A stretch of 64,000 bases of DNA from Macrostomum lignano. Taxonomy: Eukaryota. This document shows, in pieces, positions 9,829 through 20,480 of the stretch. Below the pieces are notes generated by a model that was not told the origin of the DNA, did not search any database, and saw nothing but the letters and a program-made list of their open reading frames with translations. Position 1 is the stretch's first letter; every line of letters begins with the position of its first letter. The stretch spans positions 124,001-188,000 of the forward strand of contig NIVC01001504.1 in NCBI GenBank assembly GCA_002269645.1, read 5' to 3'. The position numbers and the translations under genes were made by a program.

Positions 9829-12800
9829 ATGAAGCTGCAGTTGCCACTGCTTCTCCTGCCGCTGCTTCTGCCTCTGTCGGCCGCCACCGCCGCCGCAACC
9901 GCCGCCGCCGCTGCCGATTCGAAGGTCGCGACTGCCGACGCGCTGCAGGCGACGCTGGACGCTCTGACGGCCGCGGTTGATTTTGTCAGCGACAACATTG
10001 ACAGCGTCAACTTGGACGGCGCCATCGGCCTGCGGATGGCCGAGGGTACGCTGGGGCTTCTGGATGTCACACTAACCTGTCACTCTGAATGTCACACTAA
10101 CCTGTCACTCTGAATGTCACACTAACCTGTCACTCTGGATGTCACACACTAACCTGGCACTCTGGATGTCACACTAACCTGTCACTCTGAATGTCACACA
10201 CTAACCTGTCACTCTGGATGTCACACTAACCTGTCACTCTGGATGTCACACTAACCTGTCACTCTGGATGTCACACTAACCTGTCACTCCGGCTGTCGGT
10301 GAATACAAAACACCCCTGATTATTATAAAAGATTATTGAAGTGATCAGAGAAGAGCCGCCCGAACCCGCAGGCCAAACGAAGGCGCTGCTCGCCCACTAC
10401 TGGAGCCGCCTGCCTCAGGGCGCGGCCGCCCGCCTCGCTGAGCTGCACAGCCGGGCCGGCCGAGCCGCCAACCGGGCCGTCCAGTCGGTGCGCAGGCGGA
10501 CGCCGGTGTACTACGCCAGTGAGTGACAGCCGCACCCGTAGAAACAGAAGCCACCCCATTCCGACCAGGGCAGCCCTGGGTCTGAGCCGCTGTGAATCTG
10601 AGATGCGCACTCGCTTGTTGGCTGCAACAAGTCGGCTTCTCCCATCGCATCCTCCATTATCTCTAATCCTCTTGTGATTCTTTAATCCCTTCGTTTCGCA
10701 TGCAGACGCTGGCAAAATGATCCGAGAGCACTTCTGGGACACCTTCTACCCCGCCCGGCCGCTGCCTCGCGCCGCCGTGCGCGCCGCCGACAAGGACAAG
10801 GACTTTGATGAGAAATTCAGCGATGACTGCATCAAAGAGTTTTATGGGCCCGACGGGTGAGTGACGACTCGCTGCTTCTTGTCCCATCAGAGGTTTCTGC
10901 GTTCCTCTTGGGTCTCGTGGGGGTTGAGCGGGCGTGCGCTTTGACTCCATGTTGTAATCGTTCCTGATTTTAACTCCGTGCGTGTGCTCATTGTCCAGTG
11001 CTCACGCTCTATGCTCTACCGTAACTTTAATTAATGTACTTGGTTGGTATTTTAGCCCTTGGGTTGGGGTTGCTGCGATTGAACCTCGTTTATGCGAGTA
11101 ATAAATCGTCTCGTTGTTTGTCACTCGGCACTTTCGTCTCGCCTCGCATACTCTCTGCTCTTGACTTGCTCCTTTAACAGTTCCCTTCCCTGAGCTGTCT
11201 GTGTTTTCTTTTCCCTGAGCTGTCTGTGTTTTCTTTTCCCTGAGCTGTCTGTGTTTTCTTTTCCCTGAGCTGTCTGTGTTTTCTTTTCCCTGAGCTGTCT
11301 GTGTTTTCTTTTCCCTGAGCTGTCTGTGTTTTCTTTTCCCTGAGCTGTCTGTGTTTACTTTTCCCTGAGCTGTCTGTGTTTTCTTTTCCCTGAGCTGTCT
11401 GTGTTTTCTTTTCCCTGAGCTGTCTGTGTTTACTTTTTCCTGAGCTGTCTGTGTTTTCTTTTCCCTGAGCTGTCTGTGTTTTCTTTTCCCTGAGCTGTCT
11501 GTGTTTTCTTTTCCCTGAGCTGTCTGTGTTTTCTTTTCCCTGAGCTGTCTGTGTTTTCTTTTCCCTGAGCTGTCTGTGTTTTCTTTTCCCTGAGCTGTCT
11601 GTGTTCCCTTCCCTGAGCTGTCTGTGTTCCCTTCCCTGAGCTGTCTGTGTTCCCTTCCCTGAGCTGTCTGTGTTCCCTTCCCTGAGCTGTCTGTGTTCCC
11701 TTGCCTGAGCTGTCGTAAGGGTTTCTTTCCCTCTATCATCTACCATGCCCGCCATCATCAGCTGCCCGCCACCATCAGCTGCCCGCCACCATCAGCTGCC
11801 CGCCACCATCAGCTGCCCGCCACCATCAGCTGCCCGCCACCATCAGCTGCCCGCCACCATCAGCTGCCCGCCACCATCAGCTGCCCGCCACCATCAGCTG
11901 CCCGCCACCATCAGCTGCCCGCCACCATCAGCTGCCCGCCACCATCAGCTGCCCGCCACCATCAGCTGCATGCCACCATCAGCTGCCCGCCACCATCAGC
12001 TGCCCGCCACCATCAGCTGCCCGCCACCATCAGCTGCCCGCCACCATCAGCTGCCCGCCACCATCAGCTGCCCGCCACCATCAGCTGCCCGCCACCATCA
12101 GCTGCCCGCCACCATCAGCTGCCCGCCACCATCAGCTGCCCGCCACCATCAGCTGCCCGCCACCATCAGCTGCCCGCCACCATCAGCTGCCCGCCACCAT
12201 CAGCTGCCCGCCACCATCAGCTGCCCCACTCCACCCCACCGCGCCTCTTCAGGAAGTCGCCAGGCTGCTCGGTCTCAGAGCGCTGCTGGCGAGGCCTGGT
12301 GCTGCCCACAGGACTCACGGGCTACTCGCTGACTCACCAGCTGTTCTACCTCATGAACGGCGTCCAGGTGAGGCGTTATACCTGTTGCTCAGTCATAGCG
12401 AAATTTTGATGAAAGTTCCTTAGCTAACAAAACACTTCATGCTGAGGCAAAGCTGCCCCTCTGTTCGGAGAAGGTTTCTTCTTGCAGCTCGAGTCCACTG
12501 CACCGTCCCGCAGGCCGGCTGCCTGTCCAACCTGACCGCCCAGGCTCGCGCCCACCCTCCCGCCGGCACCGACGGCAGTCTGGCCGGCGTCTTCGACAAC
12601 TTCTGCGCAAGGATCTTCGTTGAGGCCAGCAAGCTGGAGACGGCCGGCTTCCCCAAGCCGGACAGGGACCTCTTCATGGAGCAGGGTGAGCAGGGACAAT
12701 GACCTCTTCATTGAGCAGGGTGAGCGGGGTCAATGACCTCTTCATGGAGCAGGGTGAGCAGGGACAATGACCTCTTCATGGAGCAGGGTGAGCAGGGACA

Positions 12801-13639
12801 ATGACCTCTTCATGGAGCAGGGTGAGCAGGGACAATGACCTCTTCATGGAGCAGGGTGAGCAGGGTCAATGACCTCTTCATGGAGCAGGGTGAGCAGGGA
12901 CAATGACCTCTTCATGGAGCAGGGTGAGCAGGGACAATGACCTCTTCATGGAGCAGGGTGAGCAGGGACAATGACCTCTTCATGGAGCAGGGTGAGCGGG
13001 GTCAATGACCTCTTCATGGAGCAGGGTGAGCAGGGACAATGACCTCTTCATGGAGCAGGGTGAGCGGGGTCAATGACTTCTTCATGAAGCAGGGTGAGCG
13101 GGGTCAATGACTTCTTCATGGAGCAGGGTGAGCAGGGACAATGACCTCTTCATGGAGCAGGGTGAGCGGGGTCAATGACTTCTTCATGGAGCAGGGTGAG
13201 CAGGGACAATGACCTCTTCATGGAGCAGGGTGAGCGGGGTCAATGACTTCTTCATGGAGCAGGGTGAGCGGGGTCAATGACTTCTTCATGGAACAGGGTG
13301 AGCGGGGACAATGATCGTAATTCATCCATCTGAAGCTGAACATGCTGCACCCCGCCCCCAGTGGGTCTCTGTGGCCTGGCGGGCTACCCGGAATTCGCCC
13401 GATGGCGCTGGCTGCCGGTGCTGCTGAGCTGGCAGCGGGCCAACGGCTGCTTCGGCGAGTTCCCCGGCGAGCTCATCAATCCTTCGAACTTCGATCCCGG
13501 TCTCTATGGCAACTACAAGCGCAGGAGGAAGCGCGCCGAGATGCGGATGCCGGAGGGCTGCCTGTCACACCGGACCTCGGTGGCCATAGCCGGGCTGACC
13601 GCCTACTGCAGGCGGCTCGTGGAGACGCTCGCCGATTGA
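9829..13639 (+). CDS. C16orf89: UPF0764/C16orf89-like secreted protein, 359 aa; exons 9829-10045, 10372-10518, 10706-10856, 12253-12367, 12514-12685, 13362-13639
   Basis: Six GT-AG exons with compatible phases total 1080 nt. Signal peptide plus family-like motifs recalled from memory: NLDGAIGLR, FDEKFSDDCI, GYSLTHQLFY, RDLFMEQ, LLSWQ..GCFG, GCLSHRTSVA. Confidence 0.85.
10058..10290. repeat. 25-bp minisatellite in C16orf89 intron 1 (TGTCACACTAACCTGTCACTCTGGA)
   Basis: Read directly; also present at 18395-18592. Confidence 0.93.
11185..11710. repeat. 25-bp minisatellite in intron 3 (TTCCCTGAGCTGTCTGTGTTTTCTT), shortening to a 23-bp unit distally
   Basis: Read directly. Confidence 0.95.
11745..12225. 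repeat. 17-bp minisatellite in intron 3 (CCCGCCACCATCAGCTG)
   Basis: Read directly; nearly invariant. Confidence 0.96.
12667..13313. repeat. 34-bp minisatellite spanning the exon 5 / intron 5 donor site, about 19 copies
   Basis: Unit GACCTCTTCATGGAGCAGG|GTGAGCAGGGACAAT; the first copy is the real exon end. Confidence 0.95.
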
Positions 13640-13958
13640 GGAACCCTCCGTGTGCTCGCAGAGAGAATGAAAATAAATTTGGAATTTCGGCAATGAAAAA
13701 GTCCCACCCACAGCCATCTGTGTGACCTGGGGATGCAGCTATTTTTCGGAGCTTCATCAAAAGCAACATTTTCTTTGCTGGCTTGTGGAAGCTTCTTATT
13801 TGGGTTCAGTTCACCATATTCAGTTGAGCCCGGGTTTGCCCCAGTGATAGTCTCAGCTCTGATAGGACAGGCAGGGAGAAGAAATGAATGAAGAAGAACC
13901 CGGCAGCCAATCAGAAGGCGAGGAGGGAGAGGCTTTAAGGAATGAAAAAATACCTTGG

Positions 13959-14006
13959 AGTCCACGAAGAAGCCTGGCCGTAGCGGGTGGGGAAGTTGCC
14001 CAGCAT
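13959..14006 (-). pseudogene. Remnant of MOB2 exon 2 (MLGNFPTRYGQA...)
   Basis: Aligns by eye to 19580-19628 (MLDNFPTRYGQAFLMDF); followed by sequence matching the MOB2 intron. Confidence 0.8.
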
Positions 14007-14007
14007 G

Positions 14008-14335
14008 TGAGCGCACCCAACCCACCAATTATCTCCGCTGAGCTCCCAGTGTACAGTGGCGCATCCACCCCACCAATTATCTCCGCTGGGGTCCCAGTGT
14101 ACAGGGCGCATCCACCCCGCCAATTATCTTAGCTGGGGATCCCAGTGTACAGGGCGCATCCACCCCGCCAATTATCTTAGCTGGGGATCCCAGTGTACAG
14201 TGGCGCATCCACCCCACCAATTATCTTCGCTGGGGTCCCAGTGTACAGTGGCGCATCCACCCCACCAATTATCTTCGCTGTGGTCCCAGTGTACAGTGGC
14301 GCACCCACCCCACCAATTATCTCCGCTGGGGATTC
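14008..14335. repeat. 48-bp minisatellite, about 7 copies
   Basis: CCCAGT(GT) recurs at 14045, 14093, 14141, 14189, 14237 and 14285. Confidence 0.93.
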
Positions 14336-14788
14336 AAGTGCTGATTCAAATCGTTGATTTATCAACTGACTTCAACAAAGCATTCGCCTTCAGTCCATTA
14401 AAACAATTGAGCAGAATTTACAGCCCACTGACTCGAGCATTTGCCCTCACTGCGACACGCACCGACTGGCTTCTTTTCAGCTGAAAGCCATTAATCGGCA
14501 GTCACGGTCTGAGCGATTTTAAAAAGCATTGAAAACAATCGGAGAAAGCATAGCCTGGAGCTCGAAGGTAAAAAACCAGAGCTCGCGCTAATTGCAATAC
14601 CTGCCTGCCAATCGCCTGAGCCACTCAGCTCGATTGGAAATGATTGCAAGCAGAATTTTCCCCCACTCAACCGGTAAGAGAGAGGCGCCTTGTCTAGACT
14701 GCTCAGACTAAAATCTGCCGAGTTAACCTAAGCCGTAAATGAAGCATACGAGCGCCGTAGTCTCGAGATGGTCTCGCTTTTGATTCAT

Positions 14789-14960
14789 GAGTCCGAGCTG
14801 CCCCCTCAATGAGTCCTCAGACTGAGAGCTGCCCCCTCCCCCCTCAATGAGTCCTCAGACTGAGCTGCCCCCTCAATATTAATGAGTCCTCAGACTGAGC
14901 TGCCCTACCCCCAATGAGTCCTCAGACTGAGCTGCCCCCTCAATGAGTCCTCCGACTGAC
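14789..14960. repeat. About 29-bp repeat (GAGTCCTCAGACTGAGCTGCCCCCTCAAT), 5-6 copies
   Basis: Read directly. Confidence 0.88.
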
Positions 14961-15169
14961 TCACTTTGCTTCACACCCCTTCACGCGCTGGTGGGGAGCG
15001 GGTCCTGAATTCCCCCTTAATCTCGAGACCGCCTTGGCTGGGGACTTCGCATAAGGTTAGCCTGACTCGCTCGTTTTCTCCAATGGGTTCAAATAGCTCA
15101 CTTAAGGACTCATTGAGCGCGGCAGATAGGTCTGAGTATTAGTTATAAGATAAATAATCATGTTTACTT

Positions 15170-16430
15170 GCGCTCTCCCTTCATTCACAGCGCCTCCCTT
15201 CATTCACAGCCCCTCCCTTCATTCACAGCACCTCCCTTCATTCACAGCACCTCCCTTTATTCACAGCACCTTCCTTCATTCACAGCACCTTCCTTCATTC
15301 ACAGGGCCTTTCTTCATTCACAGTGCTTCTTTTCATTCACAGCGCCTTCCTTCATTCACAGCACCTCCCTTCCTTCATTCACAGCACCTCCCTTCATTCC
15401 CAGCGCCTCCCTTCATTCACAGCACCTCCCTTCATTCACAGCGCCTCCCTTCATTCACAGCGCCTCCCTTTATTCACAGCGCCTCCCTTCATTCTTTCCC
15501 TTCATTCTCAGCACCTCCCTTCATTCTTTGTTTCATTCACAGCACCTCCCTTCATTCACATCACCTCCCTTCATTCACATCACCTCTATTCATTCACAGT
15601 ACTTCCCTTCATTCTTTTCCTTCATTCAAAGCACCTCCCTTCATTCACAGCGCCTCCTTTCATTCACAGCACCCCCTTCATTCACAGCGCCTCCCCTTCA
15701 TTCACAGCACCCCCTTCATTCACAGCACCCCCCTTCATTCACAGCGCCTCCCCTTCATTCACAGCGCCTCCCCTTCATTCACAGCACCCCCTTCATTCAC
15801 AGCACCCCCCTTCATTCACAGCGCCTCCCCTTCATTCACAGCGCCTCCCCTTCATTCACAGCACCCCCCTTCATTCACAGCGCCTCCCCTTCATTCACAG
15901 CGCCTCCCCTTCATTCACAGCGCCTCCCCTTCATTCACAGCACCCCCCTTCATTCACAGCGCCTCCCCTTCATTCACAGCACCCCCTTCATTCACAGCAC
16001 CCCCTTCATTCACAGCGCCTCCCCTTCATTCACAGCGCCTCCCCTTCATTCACAGCACCCCCCTTCATTCACAGCGCCTCCCCTTCATTCACAGCGCCTC
16101 CCCTTCATTCACAGCGCCTCCCCTTCATTCACAGCACCCCCCTTCATTCACAGCGCCTCCCCTTCATTCACAGCGCCTCCCCTTCATTCACAGCACCCCC
16201 CTTCATTCACAGCGCCTCCCCTTCATTCACAGCGCCTCCCCTTCATTCACAGCACCCCCCTTCATTCACAGCGCCTCCCCTTCATTCACAGCGCCTCCCC
16301 TTCATTCACAGCACCCCCCTTCATTCACAGCGCCTCCCCTTCATTCACAGCGCCTCCCCTTCATTCACAGCACCCCCCTTCATTCACAGCGCCTCCCCTT
16401 CATTCACAGCGCCTCCCCTTCATTCACACA
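15170..16430. repeat. 20-22-bp minisatellite (CCTTCATTCACAGC-GCCTCC/ACCCC), degenerate on the left and homogeneous on the right
   Basis: Read directly; paralog of 9060-9530. Confidence 0.95.
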
Positions 16431-17289
16431 CCTCTTCGTCAATTCAACAGCTAATAATAATGCAATTTGTGCTTGTCAAGCTCTCTGTCAGGACAGCAGC
16501 TGGCATGCAGATGCTTCAGCTACATGCTGTGCACGGATCGCACAGGTGCGCCAGTTTTGATTTACATAAAAATCTGCTCTGGCGTAGCGCGAACAGGCGG
16601 CCCTCGCATTGTTTCTTGGCTGCATGGCTTAGTTAAATGTTGCAGCATTTTCAAGTATTGATCTTTGTTTAGCAAATTTTTAGGTTATTATAACAGTAGG
16701 AATATCAAGCCACTACACGCCCGTAAAAAACACCAAGACATTTTTCTTGCTGCACCCCAACGGAGCAACCCAGGAACACGAAATTCGAATTGGATTTTAC
16801 AGTAATTGCGAGAACGCATTCAGTGCAAACCCTTCTGCGCCAATCAGCACTGCGCCTCAGTGCAGCCTTGCCAAGCTTTCAGATTTCACCAGCAGGTTTA
16901 CCGCATGTGTCTGCATCAGCTCTGACTTCAGTGGCCACAGGTAATTGCCCGGGTAGAGCTTCTGAACCTTTGGAGACCTTGTTGCGACTGTGTCCTGCAG
17001 TCTAATGTCCAATGGGCATTGTACAATGTCCTCTACCCAATGTCATAAATTTTTCTGGCAAGTCCTGATTATTGGCAAACCTCAACTGCTGAACTTTCTC
17101 AGCTAGTCTTTCAAGCATTCAGTCATCATCCTGACGCTGTCGGCATCTTCAGCATGAGGCACTGGCTACATACCGTAATCAACCTGCTGGATACTCTGTA
17201 ATTCTCGCAGTTCAGTAAATAACTGTGGCATAGAATTTTAGATTCATGAGACTGCGCGATTGGGTCTCTGTGGATAGTATTCTCTCTGC

Positions 17290-17640
17290 ATCTCTAGAGA
17301 GATAGATAGCATCTCCTTATCTCCCTGCATCTCCTTATCTCCCTGCACCTCCCGTCTCTCTGCATCTCCCGGCTCCCTGCATCTCTTTATCTCCCTGCAT
17401 CTCCCATCTCTCTGCATCTCCCGGCTCCCTGCATCTCCTTATCTTCCTGCACCTCCCGTCTCTGAGCATCTCCCAGCTCCCTGCATCTCTTTATCTCCCA
17501 TCTCTCTGCATCTCCCGGCTCCCTGCATCTCCTTATCTCCCTGCATCTCCCGTCTCTCTTCATCTCCCGGCTCCCTGCATCTCCCGTCCCTCTTCATCTC
17601 TCGGCCGTTCCCTGCATCTCTGCGTCTCTCTGCATCTCCC
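17290..17640. repeat. Degenerate pyrimidine-rich repeat (CTCCCTGCATCTC core)
   Basis: Read directly. Confidence 0.85.
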
Positions 17641-18394
17641 GTCTATCAATATACGCTCGCATTTGCACACCAGCCTAACAAACGAGGCCGGTAGAGCCGC
17701 CCGCAGTGAGAGTGGCCGCAGGGATTCCAGCAGTCCCAATCAATCTTCCCTGCATCGGAAGCAGCTGGGCCGGGCCGGGGGTGGCGAAGAGGAAGCGGCG
17801 GGCAGCGGATCGCCCGCCACGATAAGCCCAGGTGCCCGACCGCCTCACCCGTCCTCACAAGATGTAGAAAATGTTGATCCGAGAGTCTGGATGCATGGGA
17901 TGCTGGGCCACCCCCCTCCCCACCGATACCCCGCTGATCAATGAGTCGCAGCTCTCGCACCGAGAGCAGCATTGCAGTTTATTGCGGAACGCAGACGCGA
18001 AGCCCCACAGCGGAACTTCAGCAACAAAAGCAGCAGCTGCTTTCGCTGCGCTGAATGCGGACAGCGGGCTCTGAAGCCTTTGTGAGACATTGCTGAACTA
18101 GAAATAGAAATTCATTCGCTTCATTCTCTCTCAGAATGTCTTTGAATTCTGCTAAGCTCTACGTTATTTTGCGCAAGTCCCGCTCTGCTTCAACTCCTAT
18201 AAGTACCAAAATGCAGTGGAACCAAATTATTCTAGGATCTTGAGTAGTGCGAATTTCCTAGTGAATCTGGCCAATGCGTTTTGCAGCAAAAGCAGACCTG
18301 CACTGAAATTTGCACGACTTGCGAGTGTAGCAGACGAATGAAGGAATGAAAGCTCACAGGATTGGCAGGTACTGCATCGTGTCGGAGGGAATAG

Positions 18395-18592
18395 CCTGTC
18401 ACTCTGAATGTCACACTAACCTGTCACTCTTACTGATACACTAGCCTGTCACTCTGAATGTCACACTAACCTGTCACTCTTACTGATAAACTTGCCTGTC
18501 ACTCTGAATGTCACACTAACCTGTCACTCTGAATGTCACACTAACCTGTCACTCTTACTGATACACTTGCCTGTCACTCTGAATGTCACACT
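18395..18592. repeat. Second copy of the C16orf89 intron-1 minisatellite
   Basis: CCTGTCACTCTGAATGTCACACTAA units interleaved with a TTACTGATA variant. Confidence 0.9.
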
Positions 18593-18595
18593 AGG

Positions 18596-18727
18596 GAGAC
18601 CAGGCAGCCAATCAGGAGGCGAGGAGGGAGAGGCTACAAGGAACGAAGAGAGACCAGGCAGCCAATCAGGAGGCGAGGAGGAAGAGGTTACAAGGAACGA
18701 AGAGAGACCAGGCAGCCAATCAGGGGG
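18596..18727. repeat. 54-bp repeat with a CCAAT motif, 2.5 copies
   Basis: GAGACCAGGCAGCCAATCAGG at 18596, 18650 and 18704. Confidence 0.9.
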
Positions 18728-19337
18728 CGACCAAAGACAGACTCTGCATTGTTCGGCCGGGTTCCAGTCCAAAAGACACTGAAATAACAAACACACGCAG
18801 GGCAAGAAAAGCACGATTAGATACAGGCTAATCCAGTTAAATAAAGCATCATAATGCGCCTATTTGGATAGGCAAGATATATATTGTGCATTGATACAAA
18901 GGGACTCTGAAACTGTCGCTAGAACATCAGCGGCAAGTCAGTCAGATCAGGAATAGGTGCAATAATAGTTAACAAATTGCTCTAAGGTGCGAGGCCAATG
19001 AAAAACAAATGAGGCGAAGGCCCGGGCCGCAGGGCGTCTTGTGTACAAACTCAGTTAGCGCCGCGAATGCATCCAGTTTTTAGGGATCATAAATCATCAG
19101 CTCGAGCATCTGGGTTACGCAGATAAATAGTTAGACATCGGAGCGGGGTGGATCACAGCTGTAGAATTCGGATTAACAGCGGGTCGGAGGGGAATCAGAC
19201 CCTGGGACAGCGAGGCGTGGCAGCCCCAGAAATGAAAAAGACCAGGGCCCAAAGCTGAAAGACCAAGATGGAGCAGCCTTGCCAAGTCTGCGAAGGTCAT
19301 GGGCTTCAGAGGAGGCCGGCTGGCCGATCCCGGCAGC

Positions 19338-20480
19338 TCAGGCGGTGGAGCAGCCCGCGCCATCCACCGGCCGCATGAGGGCCGCCTGCAGATCCGCCAG
19401 CACTTCAACGTCCTTGTCGTCCACAATGCGGAATTTCAGGTTGAACGCCAGCAGGTGCCGCGCCACCGTGTTCAGGTGAGGCGTCAGGTCCATGCGGAGC
19501 ACGGAGTCAAAGTGGCAGGCGTACACGTGAGCCAGGATGTGCAGCAGGTGCCGCAACACGCAGGCGGACACGGCGTGGAAGTCCATGAGGAAGGCCTGGC
19601 CGTAGCGGGTTGGGAAATTGTCCAGCATCTCCTGGCACTGCGTCAGCAGGCTGTCAATGTGGTTGCGGGCCGAGGACCGGGCCTGCAGGGGTTCGGCGTG
19701 CGAACAAATGAGCTGTGCTCAGACTGGTCTCTTGTGAAACTGCGGAAAATGGCGCACCCACCGCACCAATAATCCCCGCTGGGAATCCCGGTGTTGATTT
19801 AAATCGTTGATTGATCAATTGATTTCAACAAAGCATTCGCCTCCAGTCCATTAAAAATTAGAGTAGAATATACAGTCTATTGAGTCCTCAGACTGAGCTG
19901 CCATGGTGGAGTTGCTGATGTCTTTTTACTGATCTAAAATCACGCATCAAATCGCCTATGCAAATACGCAAGCAAATAAGCAAAAAACTCATAGTGAAGA
20001 CTCACACTATTCCAAAAGTATTCACCAGCCTCATCTAAGCCATAATGTATCAAATTTAAGTGCAATTTCACTCCCGAAACCCTGAACGCCTGAGAACTAC
20101 AGTAACACTGACTGCATACAGATTCTCACAAGCCATCAGAAAATGCGCACCTTCTTAGTCTTTTCTTCGGGAGCGCAGAAGTTCACCCCGCCCGGCCCGG
20201 TGAACTTCTCGCAATTGCAGAAGTCGTACACGGCCTCGAACACCGTGCTGACGTTCTCATACAGGGCGCACACGTGGGTGGCCACCCATTCATTTTGCTG
20301 CAGCAGCAGCGGCTGCTCAAGCAGCTGGTCCAGATCGGTGCCCAGCACAATCTGCTTTGCCGCGTGCTCCGGCTGGGTGTACAGACGGCACTCCTCGCTG
20401 CTGTTGTTACCGGCAGACGACGGGCTGCGGTCGGCGGCTGAGCTGGGCCGGCCGCGGGCCTTGCCGATTAACCAGTCCAT
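19338..20480 (-). CDS. MOB2: MOB kinase activator 2, 224 aa; exons 20480-20151 and 19682-19338
   Basis: N-terminus MDWLIGKAR resembles MOB2 MDWLMGKS; NEWVATH, FPTRYG and RHLLHILAHVYACHF motifs; phase-0 GT-AG intron. Confidence 0.9.

Noticed and set aside
16870-17210. Coding-like stretch on the minus strand (also 7830-8160)
   Set aside because: Interrupted by stops and no recognisable motif.
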